Assembly (NCBI RefSeq): GCF_004010195.1
Contig: NC_057751.1
Span: forward strand, 4,767,615 to 4,787,614
Origin: Chiloscyllium plagiosum
Taxonomy: Eukaryota
Direction: 5' to 3'
Length of the DNA: 20,000 nt
Shown here: positions 8,700 to 19,399 of the stretch, piece by piece
How the letters are laid out: each line of letters starts with the position of its first letter
Position numbering within the stretch: the first letter of the stretch is position 1
Position numbers and translations under genes: made by a program
The notes under the pieces: generated by a model
Seen by the model: the letters and a program-made list of their open reading frames with translations, nothing else
Told to the model about the DNA's origin: nothing
The model's database searches: none

Positions 8700-9807
8700 T
8701 GGCAGAACAATTAAATACCTATTTGAATTCTGTCTTCACAGAGGAAGACACAAATAACGTCCCAAATATATAAGGGAACTCAGGGCTTAATAGCAATGGA
8801 AATTAAATCAAGATTAGACAAGAGATGGGGCTGGGCACATTAATGTATTTGAAGGCTGATAAATCCCCAGACCTTGACATGTGGTTAGCATGCAAAATTA
8901 TGTGGGAGGACTGCATTGAATGAAGAATTGGTTGACACACAGGAAACAAAGTGAAGGATATATGTCTTTTTCCAACCAGCATGGGACTGCAAGGATCAGT
9001 GCTTGGACCCCATCTATTTACAGCAATATATAAATGATTTAAATAATCAAACTGTATGTCATAGCTGCAAAACTGCAGATGACACAAAGCTGGGTGGGTG
9101 GGTTAGCTTTGAGGAGGATGCAGAGAAGAAGCTTCAGTGTGATTTGTACAAGTCAGTGGCAAATGTTTGGCAGATAAGTATAATGTAAATAAATATGAGG
9201 TTAATCACTTTGATGGGAGATTTTTATTTGAACGGTGATAGATTGGGAAAGGGGCAGGCACAACCAGACCTAGCTGTCTTCTTACAGCACTCACTGAAAG
9301 AAAGAATGCAGATGCTGTCGGTGGTGAAGAAGGCAAAGGGTATATCGGCCTTCATGGTGAGAGAGTACAGGAGCAGGGATGTCTTGGTGCAAATTATATT
9401 CGGCCTTGTTGACACCACACCTGGGGTCCTGTGTGCAGTTCTGGTGTCTTTTTCTCAGGAAAGGTGTTCTGCAGTAGAAGGAGTGCAGCAATGGTTTACC
9501 AGACTGATTCCTGGGATAGCAGGATTGATGTATGTCGAGATGTTGAATCAGGAGTGATAGTCTTAGGATAAGACCTTTAGAATAGAGATGAGTAAGCATT
9601 TCTTTACGCTGAGTGTGGTGAGCCTGTGGACCTCTCTCCAACAGAAAGTGATCGAAACCAAAACACAGAATGTTTTCAAGATGGCGTTTTTGGGGCTATG
9701 GGGAGAAAGTCGCAACAGGGTACTGAGTTGGCTGATCAACCATGATCATATGAAATGGAGGTACAGGCTTGTGAAGGGCTGCGTGGTCTAATCCTACATT
9801 CTATGTT
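8700..9807 (+). mobile_element. CR1 LINE ORF2 fragment with an internal deletion near 8880
   Basis: YLNSVFTEED, LKADKSPD, QGSVLGP, YINDL..KTADDTKLGG, FFTLSVVSLWTSLQQKV, then 3' UTR and ttctatgtt tail. Confidence 0.9.
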
Positions 9808-10050
9808 TAACCCTCTGAGGTCTCTTGCCCATGTCACATATTGATTGCTGCACCCACCAGCTTTGGAATTCCTTCCCTATCGCTCTCCCTCTCCTCCTTT
9901 TCGATCCTCCAGAAACCCTGCCTCATTGATCAAACCTTGGACCCCTGTCATTGCAGTTCCTTCATGGTTTAATGTCACATGTACTGTCGCAGCTCAAGCT
10001 GTGCTGCAATGTTAAACCTGCTGGTTAGATCCTGCTGTAGGTGTTGACTG
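9808..10050 (+). mobile_element. L2 LINE 3' end (old)
   Basis: aaccctctgaggtctct...agctttggaattccttcccta...ctcctcctttt...cctcattgatcaaac matches the recalled L2 3' consensus. Confidence 0.6.
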
Positions 10051-10727
10051 TTGATAGCATTGGCAGTGTGCCCCACACACATAGAGAATCTGTAAACTAA
10101 CCAACTTGTTTATATTTTCTAACACCATCTGCAGTTAAAGAATCTCTTGTCCCTCTGGAACTTTCCTCCAATTGTATACAGTTTCTCTCCGGCTGATAGC
10201 CGATCTGACAATTCCTTGCATGTTCAACTTCTTATCTTTTGATGATATAATCTCACTTCTACTTTTGGATGGTTCATTATCTACTGCGCCTCGCTTTCGA
10301 AATGTGTAACACTGACCAGATTACCCTTATTAAAGTTACAGCTGCTTCTCTTTTTGTCCTCTTTATCTCCAAGCACAATTGCCCCAATTGTTGAAACTCC
10401 TTCATTAAGCGGCAAGTCTGGAGATGTTTCTGCAGGGTGTCACAGAGGACATTTGGAACTCAGTTGAAACCCCCAACTCACTCGCCACAAGAAGAAATTG
10501 GGATCAGAGAGTGACTTGAAGCAGTCACTGTGTTTCACAATCCCTCAGAAGCTGACAAGGCTGTGGGTCTAAACTCCAAGACTGGCAGGTCCTGTACCCA
10601 TTCATTCAGGTTCAGGTCCTCCCTTGAGCACAGGCTTTCAGCCGAGGGCAGCTCCACACCCTGAGGCTCCTCATTCGACCGACTGCTCCCCATTCAAAGG
10701 CAGGTGTGATCTTGAGCTTTGGGCTTG

Positions 10728-10848
10728 TCACAAGTGCAGCCAATGGTTAAGTTTCAGATTTCTAATTCTTGAACCATTTCCTTGTGAAGAGTGTTCTCCG
10801 TTGATTTCCTTCACTGAGTTATAACCAAAGTCAACAACGTGCACAAAG
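10728..10848 (-). pseudogene. Exon 9 start (phase 2), (R)FVHVVDFGYNSVKEINGEHSSQGNGSRIRNLKLNHWLHL*; may be the 5' part of a decayed large exon reaching the donor at 10101
   Basis: Acceptor ctgacatttgtgtacttag| with CTGAC branch-like motif; in frame with exon 8; unique sequence between two LINE fragments. Confidence 0.45.
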
Positions 10849-10882
10849 CTAAGTACACAAATGTCAGATCTCAAATTCCTGG

Positions 10883-11385
10883 GCATAGAAGACATATCAG
10901 GAGCAGAAGGAAGCTGTTCAAGTCCTTCTGTTCCCTGTTCGGTACAGCTGATTTTGGGTTCAACTCCAGTTTCCTGCCCCCTTCCCCAGTCCCTCATTTC
11001 CCTGAGAGACCAGATGATGTCTATCACAGTCTGCAGTTTCTTCAGCAGTTAGAGAATTCAAAGATTCACAACCCTTTCAGACTGAGGACATTCCTCCCCA
11101 TTTTATACCAACATTCAAGCCCCTTCCACCAAAATTGGCTCTGCATCCCAGATTACCCTGTGAGGAAATGAGGGGAAGCAACCTCTCTGTCAACCCTGTC
11201 AAGTTCATGCAGAACCCTCTATATTGTTGTGTTGTCTCTGATTTATGTAAACATACTCAATCCCTTCATCAGAGGATAAGGTCCTCACTCCAGATACCAG
11301 TTAAATGAATGCTCATGATAATTGCCTCCAATGCCAATGTATCATTTGTTAAATTCAGAGACCAAAACTGTACTCCATGTATGTT
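10883..11385 (-). mobile_element. Decayed CR1 3' fragment
   Basis: agagaattcaaagattcacaaccctt, ggaagcaacctctct, tgcctccaatgcca, gagaccaaaactgtac are reverse CR1 ORF2/UTR motifs. Confidence 0.75.
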
Positions 11386-11659
11386 CCATGCAGGATGTGT
11401 TCTCTCTGTTATATCAGCTCCTCTTCAACTATTCTAAGCTTACTGCTTGTGGAGACAGATAGAGGCAGCTTGCTTTTCTACTGAACTGAGGCAGGAGGGC
11501 AGGGTGACTGCAAAACTGAGTGGAGACCAAACCTTTTCTCAACCATCAAGCAAGAGTTTAAACTAAAACTGGTCAGTTGAATGTTTAAGAGAAATGCACG
11601 ATACTGACTGAACTCCTCAGCCTTCAGGAGACCATGGGCAGAAGTTCACAGACTTCATT

Positions 11660-11825
11660 TCAAAAGCAGGTCAGGAACTTGCTCCCTGACAGTACCATGG
11701 ATCAAGCTTCAGCAGAGGAACGTCAGTGGTGCAAGAAGGCAGCACACTACCACCTTCTCCAGGGCCATGAGGAATGGCCAATAGGTGCTGGCCTAGCCAG
11801 ACAGGCTCACATCCCCTGAAGAAAT
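11660..11825 (+). mobile_element. 3' end of the LINE family seen at 5200-5377
   Basis: caagaaggcagcacactaccaccttctccagggc...aatggccaataggtgctggcctagccag...cacatccc. Confidence 0.65.
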
Positions 11826-11924
11826 ATTACCAAAAGAGGATTGATAGTCACCAGTGTTCAACACTCAAGAACAAAGGCTTTCTCTCAAGCCAGCTCCACA
11901 GAGAGAGTAAGAAGAAAGAGATTC

Positions 11925-12008
11925 CAATTCCGTAGCTCCTTCCACAACCACAGGATATCCTAAAGCATTTCAGAAGCTGTGACGTAATGATACAATGTTC
12001 ACTGTTAC
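11925..12008 (-). mobile_element. Deu-SINE 3' tail remnant
   Basis: ttccacaaccacaggatatcctaaagcatttca resembles 1540-1580. Confidence 0.4.
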
Positions 12009-12049
12009 AGCACATTCCTGCCTGGCCTCTCGAGTTTCACTGACATTTG

Positions 12050-12521
12050 CCCAAGTTTGTGCAAAACCCTGTTTTTAAGCTCAATGCAAATCTAATTCAC
12101 CTATCACTGCCCTGTCCACTGAGCTGCACCAGCTCCAGATACGTGGGTTCCACTCTGTTACTGCTGTCCCCCTCTTATTTCCAAATCCCTTCATACCGTT
12201 TCATCTTTGTAGTCACCTCCAACCTCACAACCTGCTCTGAGATCTCCCTGTTCTTCAACTTCCTGCCCAGTTGAGCTTTCAGATTTCAACTACTTTATCA
12301 TGGGTGGCCATGACTTCAGCTGCCTGGGCCCTGGGTTGTAGAGTTTTCAGGAAAATCATTTTCTCACTCTCCTCCTGGAACCAGTCCTCACTGACCAAAA
12401 AATAAATACTGCTGCCCACCTGTTATGGTAAGGGATGTAAGTGTTTGTTTACTCAGACTGCTGGGAAGTGAACTGGGACTTTGGGAGATTGAGGACATGC
12501 TCTGACAAGGGGCGTTGTTGT
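12050..12521 (+). mobile_element. L2 LINE 3' end (old)
   Basis: ttccaaatcccttcat...tctgagatctc...catgggtggccatgacttcagctgcctgggccct...gaccaa...gttgttg. Confidence 0.65.
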
Positions 12522-13192
12522 CACTGTAATTGAGTGTGCACTGAGGCACAGGTACAAACCAAGAGCTGAGAGGACTTATCTCACTGAGTGTCTGTCATGT
12601 AGAGGCAGAACTTCACGCTTGACATTTCTGATGAGCCCAGCACAAACAAGATTACATGTCGCTTTGTATTGCATAAACACAGGAGTGCATTAAGAGCCAG
12701 GCCAACGCAGCTTGATTGCATGCGGGCATCTTAAAGAGAATTAACTGATAAGGTTCCACCTCTTGCAGAAAAAAACATCAGGAATCCCAAATGGGCTGCA
12801 CAAAAGGCAAACAGTCATAGGTTGAAAACCCAGAGTCTTGCCTCGAATTGTTGGGCCCTCCAGTGAGCCTTGTTTACACATTGCTGCTCATTATCAAAGA
12901 TCTTGAATATCCTTTTAACGTTTCACAGCTAGGCACAAATGCTGCAGAAGCACAGAGAGACCCATTGTTTCTCTCCAAAACTGGTAAGGTTATCTCAGCC
13001 AAAGTAGCAACTGTAATTCTTGAGAGAATGAAAGAATGAGAGGAGATAAACCTTTCTGCACTGACAGACAGAATCAGATGAAGGTGCAACATCAGGAGAT
13101 TGGTTCACTTCTCACTGTTTTAGGTTAGGCAAGTCCCAAACTTGCTTTTCCTTTTGAAAAGGATTCTTGCGCCATGTGAGTGAGGTACTCAC

Positions 13193-13324
13193 CGGTGAAT
13201 ACAGAAAGCAGGACTGTCATCGATCCTGACAGTGCCCAGTGTGGCAGTGGCCTGTGCATGGTTGCCAACCATGATGTCAAAAGGTGCCAAGTCATCACAC
13301 TCACACTGACCACTCGTGTGAAAT
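13193..13324 (-). pseudogene. Exon 8 (132 nt, phase 2-2, open), (K)FHTSGQCECDDLAPFDIMVGNHAQATATLGTVRIDDSPAFCIH(R)
   Basis: Strong acceptor ctgacctctttcag| and consensus donor CCG|gtgagt. Splicing to exon 7 across 4.27 kb completes the FN3 motif LQPQTDY-K-F. Confidence 0.65.
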
Positions 13325-13379
13325 CTGAAAGAGGTCAGCTGAACTTAAGTGGTCAAATTATCAACAGTCACTTGGAGAC

Positions 13380-13475
13380 AAACAGCTCGCCATCACCTTA
13401 TCTGGGACAATTAGGATGGGCAATAAATGCTGTCCCAACCAGTGCCGTCCCTTTCTGTGAACAAACAGAGGAAAA
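13380..13475 (+). mobile_element. LINE/SINE shared 3' tail fragment
   Basis: caattaggatgggcaataaatgct, the same tail as 11660-11825 and 19545-19612. Confidence 0.6.
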
Positions 13476-13514
13476 TAAAATCCAGCTTCCTCAAAGATAG
13501 TGGATCAGTAAACG

Positions 13515-16500
13515 TTGCACTGTAAATAAGGAGATCACACAGCCAGAGTTAGACACAGCCTGAGTGAATATATAGCTCGGGGAATTTGGAGGCAGTGTGG
13601 GAATTTATTGCAAAGGGGAAGAGGTGTTTTTTTGTTGGCTTTTCTTTTGGCTCATAGTTTGTAGGGTTTTGTTTTACTCAAGATAAATTTAAACCCTAGA
13701 TCAGAAGCCCAACACTAAAGAGGGACATTATAGCTGAGCTGGTGTCGATGTCCCATGAATTCAAACTGGTTTCTATGGTGGAATGGGCTCAACTTGAATC
13801 CTGCTGGGACCAGAGTCCTGGCAAATTGCCTACCTAGGGCTGTGGGCAGGGCTTTCAACTAAATGCCTGAGAGTGGGATGTGCGGTTGTCAGAAAATTAT
13901 GGAAGATGTTCAATGGAGAGGGGGCTCAGGAGAGGTTCTACAAATTTTCCAGAACAAGGATTAGGACAGAAAGTCTGGAAAGGGTCAGGAATATAACTTC
14001 AGGTACAGGAGATAAGGAGACAATAATGAGCAAAAGGGCAGTCAATGCAAGACTGGGTGTATTGAACAGAAATACACATGGCGTACAAAACAAGGGAAAC
14101 AGACGGAAATTGGCAAGTGCAATGTTGTAAATATCACAGAGACAGGAGTGCAGATGGATCTGCGCTGGGAACGAAATAACCGAGGATACATGTCATATCA
14201 AAAGAACAGGGAGAAGGGTAGAGGGGACAGGGTTGCCTCATCAGAAAGAAAAGAAATTAAACCAACAGTAAGAAACCAAACAGTCAGAAAGCTGACAATC
14301 TGTGTGCTTCGAGTTGAGGAACAACAAAAGCAAGATCACCATAATACAAGACAATGCATCCTGCAACTCCAAAGGAAGAAGCTGGAATCAGATGGAACAA
14401 TATTACATTTGATAAAGGTAACTGCAAAGGCATGAGGGAGGGGAGCTGACCAAACTTGATTAGAAGGGGAATCTGCAGGAAAACATTGGAGTAGCAATGC
14501 TAAGAGTTTCTAGGGTAACTCAGAAGGCACAGCAGAAATTCATCTCAAGGAAGAAGCATACTAAGGGAAGGACAAGGTAACCACAGCTGACAAGGGAAGT
14601 CAGGGACAACATAAAAACCAAAAGAAAAACATGCAATGTGGTGAAGATTTGTGGGAAGCTGGATGGTTAAGAAGCCCTTAAAAACCAGCAGAAGACAATT
14701 AAAAAAAAGCAACAGCAAGTGCAAGGGATGGTGAAATACGAGCAAAAGCTCACTAGTAAAATAAAATTGCAAGATTTTTTTTTAGTACGGACTGGATTAG
14801 GGAGCTGATGGTGAAGGAGCCCCGAGGGGACAATGACCAATAATATGATCAAATTGACCCTGCAGTTTGGGAGAGAGAAGCTGGAATCAGATGGGACGGC
14901 ATTACAGCTGAGTAAAGGAATGACAAGAACACCAGGGAATCAATTGGAAGGCGTGCCCCTGCAGGGAGGACATTGGAACAGCAATGCTACACATTTCCAG
15001 GGTAATACGGAAGGCACATCAGACCCATTCATCCCAAGGAACAGACTCAGGGTAGGACGAGGCAACCATGGCTAATGAGGGAAGTCAGGGGACAAGATAA
15101 AAACCAAAAGAAAAACATGCAATCTGGTGAAAGTTAGTGGGAGGCAAAGGATTGAGAAGCCTTTAAAAGAATAGTTAGAAAGCACTAAGGGAAGAGAAGG
15201 TGAAATATGAGCATATGTTAGCTCATAATTCAAAAAAAAATTGTTTTTTTTAAATATTTAAAGGTAAGTGAGAGAGGCAAGAGGGGAGATTTTAACCACT
15301 GGAATTTGAGGCTATAGAAGCAGCAATGGGAAACAAAGGTGTGGCAGATGAATCGATTAGAAACTTGGCATCAATTTTCACAGTGGAAGACTCCAGCAGC
15401 ATACCAGAACTTCAAGAGTCAGGGGGCAGAGCTGAGTGTTGTGGCCAGCACTAAGGTGGTGCTGGGGAACTGAAACTGAAGCTGGATAACTCACCAGTAC
15501 AAGTTAGACCACGCCCCAGAGTTGTGAGGGAGATAGCGGAGGAGATCGCAGAGACATTGGCGATGATTTTTCAGGAATCAATGGAGTCAGGGAGGGTCTC
15601 AGTGGAGTGGAAAATGGCCAATTTAAGACCCCTGTTTAAGAAGGGAGGGAAGCAGAAGATGGAAATTTATAGGCCAGTTAGCCTGACCTTGGTCATTGGG
15701 AAGATTTGAGAGTCCATTATTAAGGATGAGATTGCAGAGTTTTTGGAAATGCGTGGTAAAATATGGCTCCGCCATAAGGGGGCCATGCCTAACAAATTTG
15801 TTAGGAATTCTTTGGGGAGGTAACAAGCACTTTAATCAAAGGAGAACCAGTAGATATATTTGAATTTCCCAAAGGCCTTTGACAAAGGGCTACCCAAAGG
15901 GCCCATGGCAGGAGGGGCAAGCACAGAAGACTGCCTGACTGGCAGAAGGCAGAGTGTGGAAATAAGAGTCTTTTTGAGGACAGCAGCCTGTGGCTAATGG
16001 ATTTGCACAAGGGTCATGTGGGACAACTGTTCACATTATAATTTACCGATCTGGGCCAAGGAACTGGTGGCATTGTTGCTATATTTGCAAATGACACAAA
16101 CAGAGGTGAAGGGACAGATAGTGTTGAGGAAGCAGGGAGTCTGCAGAAGGATGTGAATGCCTCTGCAGAAGGCTCAGAGGGTGGGCAAAGATGTGGCAGA
16201 TGATATACAATGTGGGAAAGTGCGAGGTTATGTAGTTTGGCAGGAAGAATAGAGGTGTAGACTATTTTCTAAATGGGGAAAGATTTCAAAAGTCTGAAGC
16301 ACAAAGGGATTTTGGAGTCCTAGATCAGGCTGCAGGTTCAGCTGGCAGTTAGGAAAGCAAATGCAACGTTAGCATGCATTTCAAGAGAGGGAGAATACAA
16401 AAGCAGGGACATAGTGCTGAGACTGTATAAGGCTCTGGTCAAACCGCATTTTGTACATCATGAGCAGCTTTGAGTTCTGTGTTAGCATTGGAGGAGATCC

Positions 16501-16925
16501 AGAGGAAGTTTAGGAGAGTGATTCACAGTATGGAGGGTTTGTCATACATGGGATGAATGAGGACTCTGGGTGTGTTCCTGATGGAGTTTGGAACGATGAG
16601 GCAAGGTGATGGAGAACATATAAGAAATTGAGAGGACAGGCTAGAGTGGAGATGGAAAAGATGCTTCCACTAATTAGAAAGACGAGGGCACAGCGTCAGT
16701 GTGAAGAAATGACCCTACTAAACTAAGATGAGGAGGGATTTCTTCAACCAGAGGGTGGTGAAGCGAGGGAACTCATTGCTGCAAGTTATTGAGAGTAGTG
16801 CAAAGCAGAGACAGATGTGTTCTGGATCAAGGGTTACAGGAACAAAGCAGGAGAATGAGGTTGCAAAACTATCAACTATAATTGACAAGACAGAAGAACC
16901 CAACTCTACACCTATATCTTATGGT
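13515..16925 (+). mobile_element. Near-full-length decayed CR1 LINE (5' UTR, ORF1 esterase C-terminus, ORF2 APE-RT, 3' UTR) with internal duplication
   Basis: 13782-13862 NGLNLNPAGTRVLANCLPRAVGRAFN* (ORF1 SGNH-type DGLHLN block); APE remnants (NVVNITET); RT REIAEEIAETLAMIFQES..WKMANLRPLFKKG..YRPVSLT; FANDT at ~16084; MRRDFFNQRVV; tail tcttatggt. Confidence 0.9.
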
Positions 16926-16939
16926 ACTTGCAGAACCCG

Positions 16940-17112
16940 ACTGTTTGGAACACTGCATAGTGCTCTCATGAAGAGCACGGGACTAATGCCAGATGTCGTG
17001 GGTTGTGATTTATCCTTCAGTAAACATGGCACATTATCTTAACATCAGACTGATGCTTGTGGGATCTTACTGCACAAATTTGAGGAACAGGTCATTTGCA
17101 TCAACATGTAAT
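16940..17112 (+). mobile_element. Deu-SINE central fragment
   Basis: gaagagcacggga...atttatccttcagtaaac...gcttgtgggatcttactgcacaaattt. Confidence 0.5.
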
Positions 17113-17147
17113 GAAAGGGGAGAGAGCGAAGCAAAGAGCAGGATTAG

Positions 17148-17210
17148 ACTGAGTGGGATATTAAAGGGTGTAACAAGCAATGGGAAAACTGGGTGGGATA
17201 TTAAAGGGTG
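17148..17210 (+). repeat. 23-bp direct repeat, 40-bp period
   Basis: actgagtgggatattaaagggtg (17148-17170) and actgggtgggatattaaagggtg (17188-17210), 22/23 identical. Confidence 0.9.
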
Positions 17211-17592
17211 CAGCGAGTGAGGGGGAGAATGGGATGTTGAAAAGTGCACCAAGGAGAGCAAGAATGGATTCAGTTTGCACGCAATATCGAAGGCTGAGGA
17301 AAGGGAGAAGAAACAGGAGATCAGTGTTGTGATTGTAACAAGGTCAGCTAGGTGGACTGGACACAGCATTGTGTACTAAGATACTAATGCAAACTGGGGA
17401 TCAATCAACACAAATGTGAGAAACACAATGTAGCCATGAAGCAGAGAACTTAAGTGTACTGACACCAAGTTAAGACATTCATGCACCACTACTTCATTTT
17501 GAAGAAGAGGTGGTGTGTTATAAAGCCATGAGAAAGTAGGACCAAATTCACATGATATATTTTTGTGACAGTAGCATTGACAACAGAGTTAC

Positions 17593-17791
17593 TTGTAATC
17601 GGTTTGTGGTTGCAGGTGGCTCACATGTTTGGTTTCAAACCATAGAGATGATGTATATTCAGCCAAGCAAAGTGACAGGTCCAAATGAAGCAGTTTGGTA
17701 GAGGGAAATTGTCTCATCCGATTCCCAGCTGCTGTAGTTGGTTCAGTACACTCCAGCAGCCCAGGACATCTCAATTGGTCCCTCTGAATTT
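17593..17791 (-). pseudogene. Pseudo-exon 7, FN3 domain core: NSEGPIEMSWAAGVY*TNYSSWESDETISLYQ/LLHLDLSLCLAEYTSSLWFETKHVSHLQPQTDY(K)
   Basis: Acceptor gcacctcag|, donor AA|gtaact. 199 nt = 198+1, explained by one extra base in the TTT at 17694-17696. FN3 hallmarks: strand-B Trp (IEMSW), strand-C Tyr (YQLL), tyrosine-corner L-x-P-x-T-x-Y. Confidence 0.6.
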
Positions 17792-17794
17792 CTG

Positions 17795-18010
17795 AGGTGC
17801 AGTCACTGTCAGCAGGACAGAGCCAAGCTCCCACAAACCACAGTAATTCAGGTGGAGACAGAACAGGGGCCCACTACACCACACTAAGTTTCAAACTCCA
17901 ACATGTAAAATGGGGGCAGCTGGGGCATGGTTAAACATCTCATTGACTAAACAGCACCTTCTAACATTGAAGCAGTGTCAGTTCACATCATGTGCTCAAC
18001 TCTGTGGACT
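17795..18010 (-). mobile_element. Deu-SINE remnant filling pseudogene intron 6
   Basis: gtgcagtcactgt, caagctcccacaaac, gggcatggttaaacatctcat, cagcacctt, tgtgctcaa in consensus order. Confidence 0.55.
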
Positions 18011-18030
18011 GTTACTTTCAACAGACTAAC

Positions 18031-18103
18031 TGGACCCATAACCACACTGATTGAATCAAGATTGGGGACTAGCTCAATGACAGTTCAAGAGCTTTGACAG
18101 GTC
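18031..18103 (-). pseudogene. Pseudo-exon 6 (73 nt, phase 1-2), RPVKALELSLS*SPILIQSVWLWV
   Basis: Acceptor ttataactgcag|, donor CA|gttagt. The upstream intron is only 41 nt, so this may instead be a frameshifted continuation of exon 5. Confidence 0.4.
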
Positions 18104-18144
18104 CTGCAGTTATAAGTGACCCGACGTAAATTAAAACAACGTAC

Positions 18145-18385
18145 TTATTTTCAGTATGAAAACCTCAAAATAGTTTTGTAACATTTTAATTGAGTCAGCT
18201 TGTGAGTGGGGAGCTGAAACAGAAGCTCAAAGGTGCCACCATGTGGGAAGTACCTTAAATAACACCTTGGCCAGTCAGGTTTCCGCTTGACACTGCACTT
18301 GCACGCTGTCCTTTCCATACTTGTGCAACCCATTTGCATCACTCATTTCTCTCAAACATGTACAAATAAATTCCAATCACAAAAC
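18145..18385 (-). pseudogene. Pseudo-exon 5 (241 nt, phase 0-1), VL*LEFICTCLREMSDANGLHKYGKDSVQVQCQAET*LAKVLFKVLPTWWHL*ASVSAPHSQADSIKMLQNYFEVFILKI
   Basis: Acceptor ctactttctgttttgagcag|, donor TAA|gtacgt; three TGA stops in one otherwise continuous 80-codon frame. Confidence 0.55.
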
Positions 18386-18471
18386 CTGCTCAAAACAGAA
18401 AGTAGCATTCAAAGACCCACTGCAGGAGACCAGGTTAAAATGATTTTTAATTTAGCATTACAAAAATATAC

Positions 18472-18582
18472 ATTCATCTTTGAAGAATCTTTCGAACTTT
18501 GTGCAGACATGGACTGCCACACCTCAACGTAAAGGTAATTCTCCAACAAACAATCATGTTTCTACTCTTCACAATGTAAAAT
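18472..18582 (-). pseudogene. Pseudo-exon 4 (111 nt, phase 0-0), ILHCEE*KHDCLLENYLYVEVWQSMSAQSSKDSSKMN
   Basis: Acceptor gtatatttttag|, weak donor AAT|gtatat; flanking introns 90 and 86 nt; one TAG; LYVEV resembles FNDC11 YYIEV. Confidence 0.5.
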
Positions 18583-18672
18583 CTAAAAATATACATTCCT
18601 TCAATATCAGTGCATCTGAAGAATACAGCAGCAGTTGAGAGGTCAAGTCCGAATGATATTCAATGCAAGTAC

Positions 18673-18829
18673 CAGTCGGAAGGCCACAAGAAACATTTGA
18701 GTGTGCGTGTGGAAGTGTCTTTCTCAGAAGCTGGTCAACCAGATTGCAATGAGAACTTCAACCTGAGCAAGTTGCCGGGACCTGACATTCTTGCAGGAAA
18801 GAGGTTTGGACAATCGGACCAGCAAAATC
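18673..18829 (-). pseudogene. Pseudo-exon 3 (157 nt, phase 2-0), ILLVRLSKPLSCKNVRSRQLAQVEVLIAIWLTSF*ERHFHTHTQMFLVAFRL
   Basis: Weak acceptor cacaaatag|, donor CTG|gtactt; one TGA; W-x-T...ER...FL pattern resembles the recalled FNDC11 N-terminal helix. Confidence 0.5.
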
Positions 18830-19093
18830 CTATTTGTGATCACCTGCACTTGAGGCACAATCCCATTTGCCAGTCACTATTCCAGTGATCAGTGTACACC
18901 CTGCTTCAGGAAGCCAAGGCCAGAAGCTTGAGTCTCCCTTGGCAAGGGTCATGCTATCTTCACATATCATGTTTCCCTGAGTGGGGCACAGAACACACCT
19001 TAAGGCAAGGCACTCAACAATCCTGCCTCCCCACCATCCTCCTATGTTGGGGACAATGAAGACAGGGCTATTTGTCTGTCCATGTGTGCATAC

Positions 19094-19263
19094 AATGACT
19101 CTATAGCCTTCGGTGCCAATTCATGTAAATCCTTGGGAAGCTTGCAAGTCAAACTGCCTTTGGTAGAAGAAAGACAATCCAAGGAGAAATATGACATCAG
19201 CTGAAGGGCTATATACGGTCAAAGTTCCTATATCAGGTATAAAATGACATTTTTGATATCTGA
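19094..19263 (-). pseudogene. Pseudo-exon 2 (170 nt, phase 0-2), SDIKNVILYLI*EL*PYIALQLMSYFSLDCLSSTKGSLTCKLPKDLHELAPKAIES
   Basis: Acceptor ccctatttctcag|, donor TT|gtatgc; two stops. Confidence 0.45.
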
Positions 19264-19399
19264 CTGAGAAATAGGGAATCTTTTCCCTAAAATGACTGAA
19301 AACAAAGATCAAGAGAGCTGGGCGGATGAAGAGCAGATTAGTTTGAGGGCAAGTGAGTCAGAAAACGAGGTGGAATCCAGAACAAGAGGGATCACTTAC

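Noticed and set aside
9003..9791. RT-like ORFs as an active reverse transcriptase gene (also 15524-15709)
   Set aside because: Fragmented by stops, frameshifts and deletions; dead CR1 copies.
10510..10529. Hairpin agtgact-tgaagc-agtcact
   Set aside because: A 7-bp stem is expected by chance in 20 kb.
17148..17210. CRISPR-like repeat-spacer-repeat
   Set aside because: Only two 23-bp copies with a 17-bp spacer in vertebrate DNA and no cas genes; a local duplication.
18462..18598. 14-bp direct repeat aaaaatatacattc (18462-18475, 18585-18598) as the TSD of an insertion
   Set aside because: AT-rich and the enclosed sequence has no element features; it reads instead as pseudo-exon 4. It does weaken confidence in that exon's donor.
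18610..18888. 92-aa plus-strand ORF with an upstream AG, joinable to 18456-18534 by a 76-nt intron
   Set aside because: No recognisable domain; it is the in-register antisense shadow of minus-strand pseudo-exon 3, which has better homology support.
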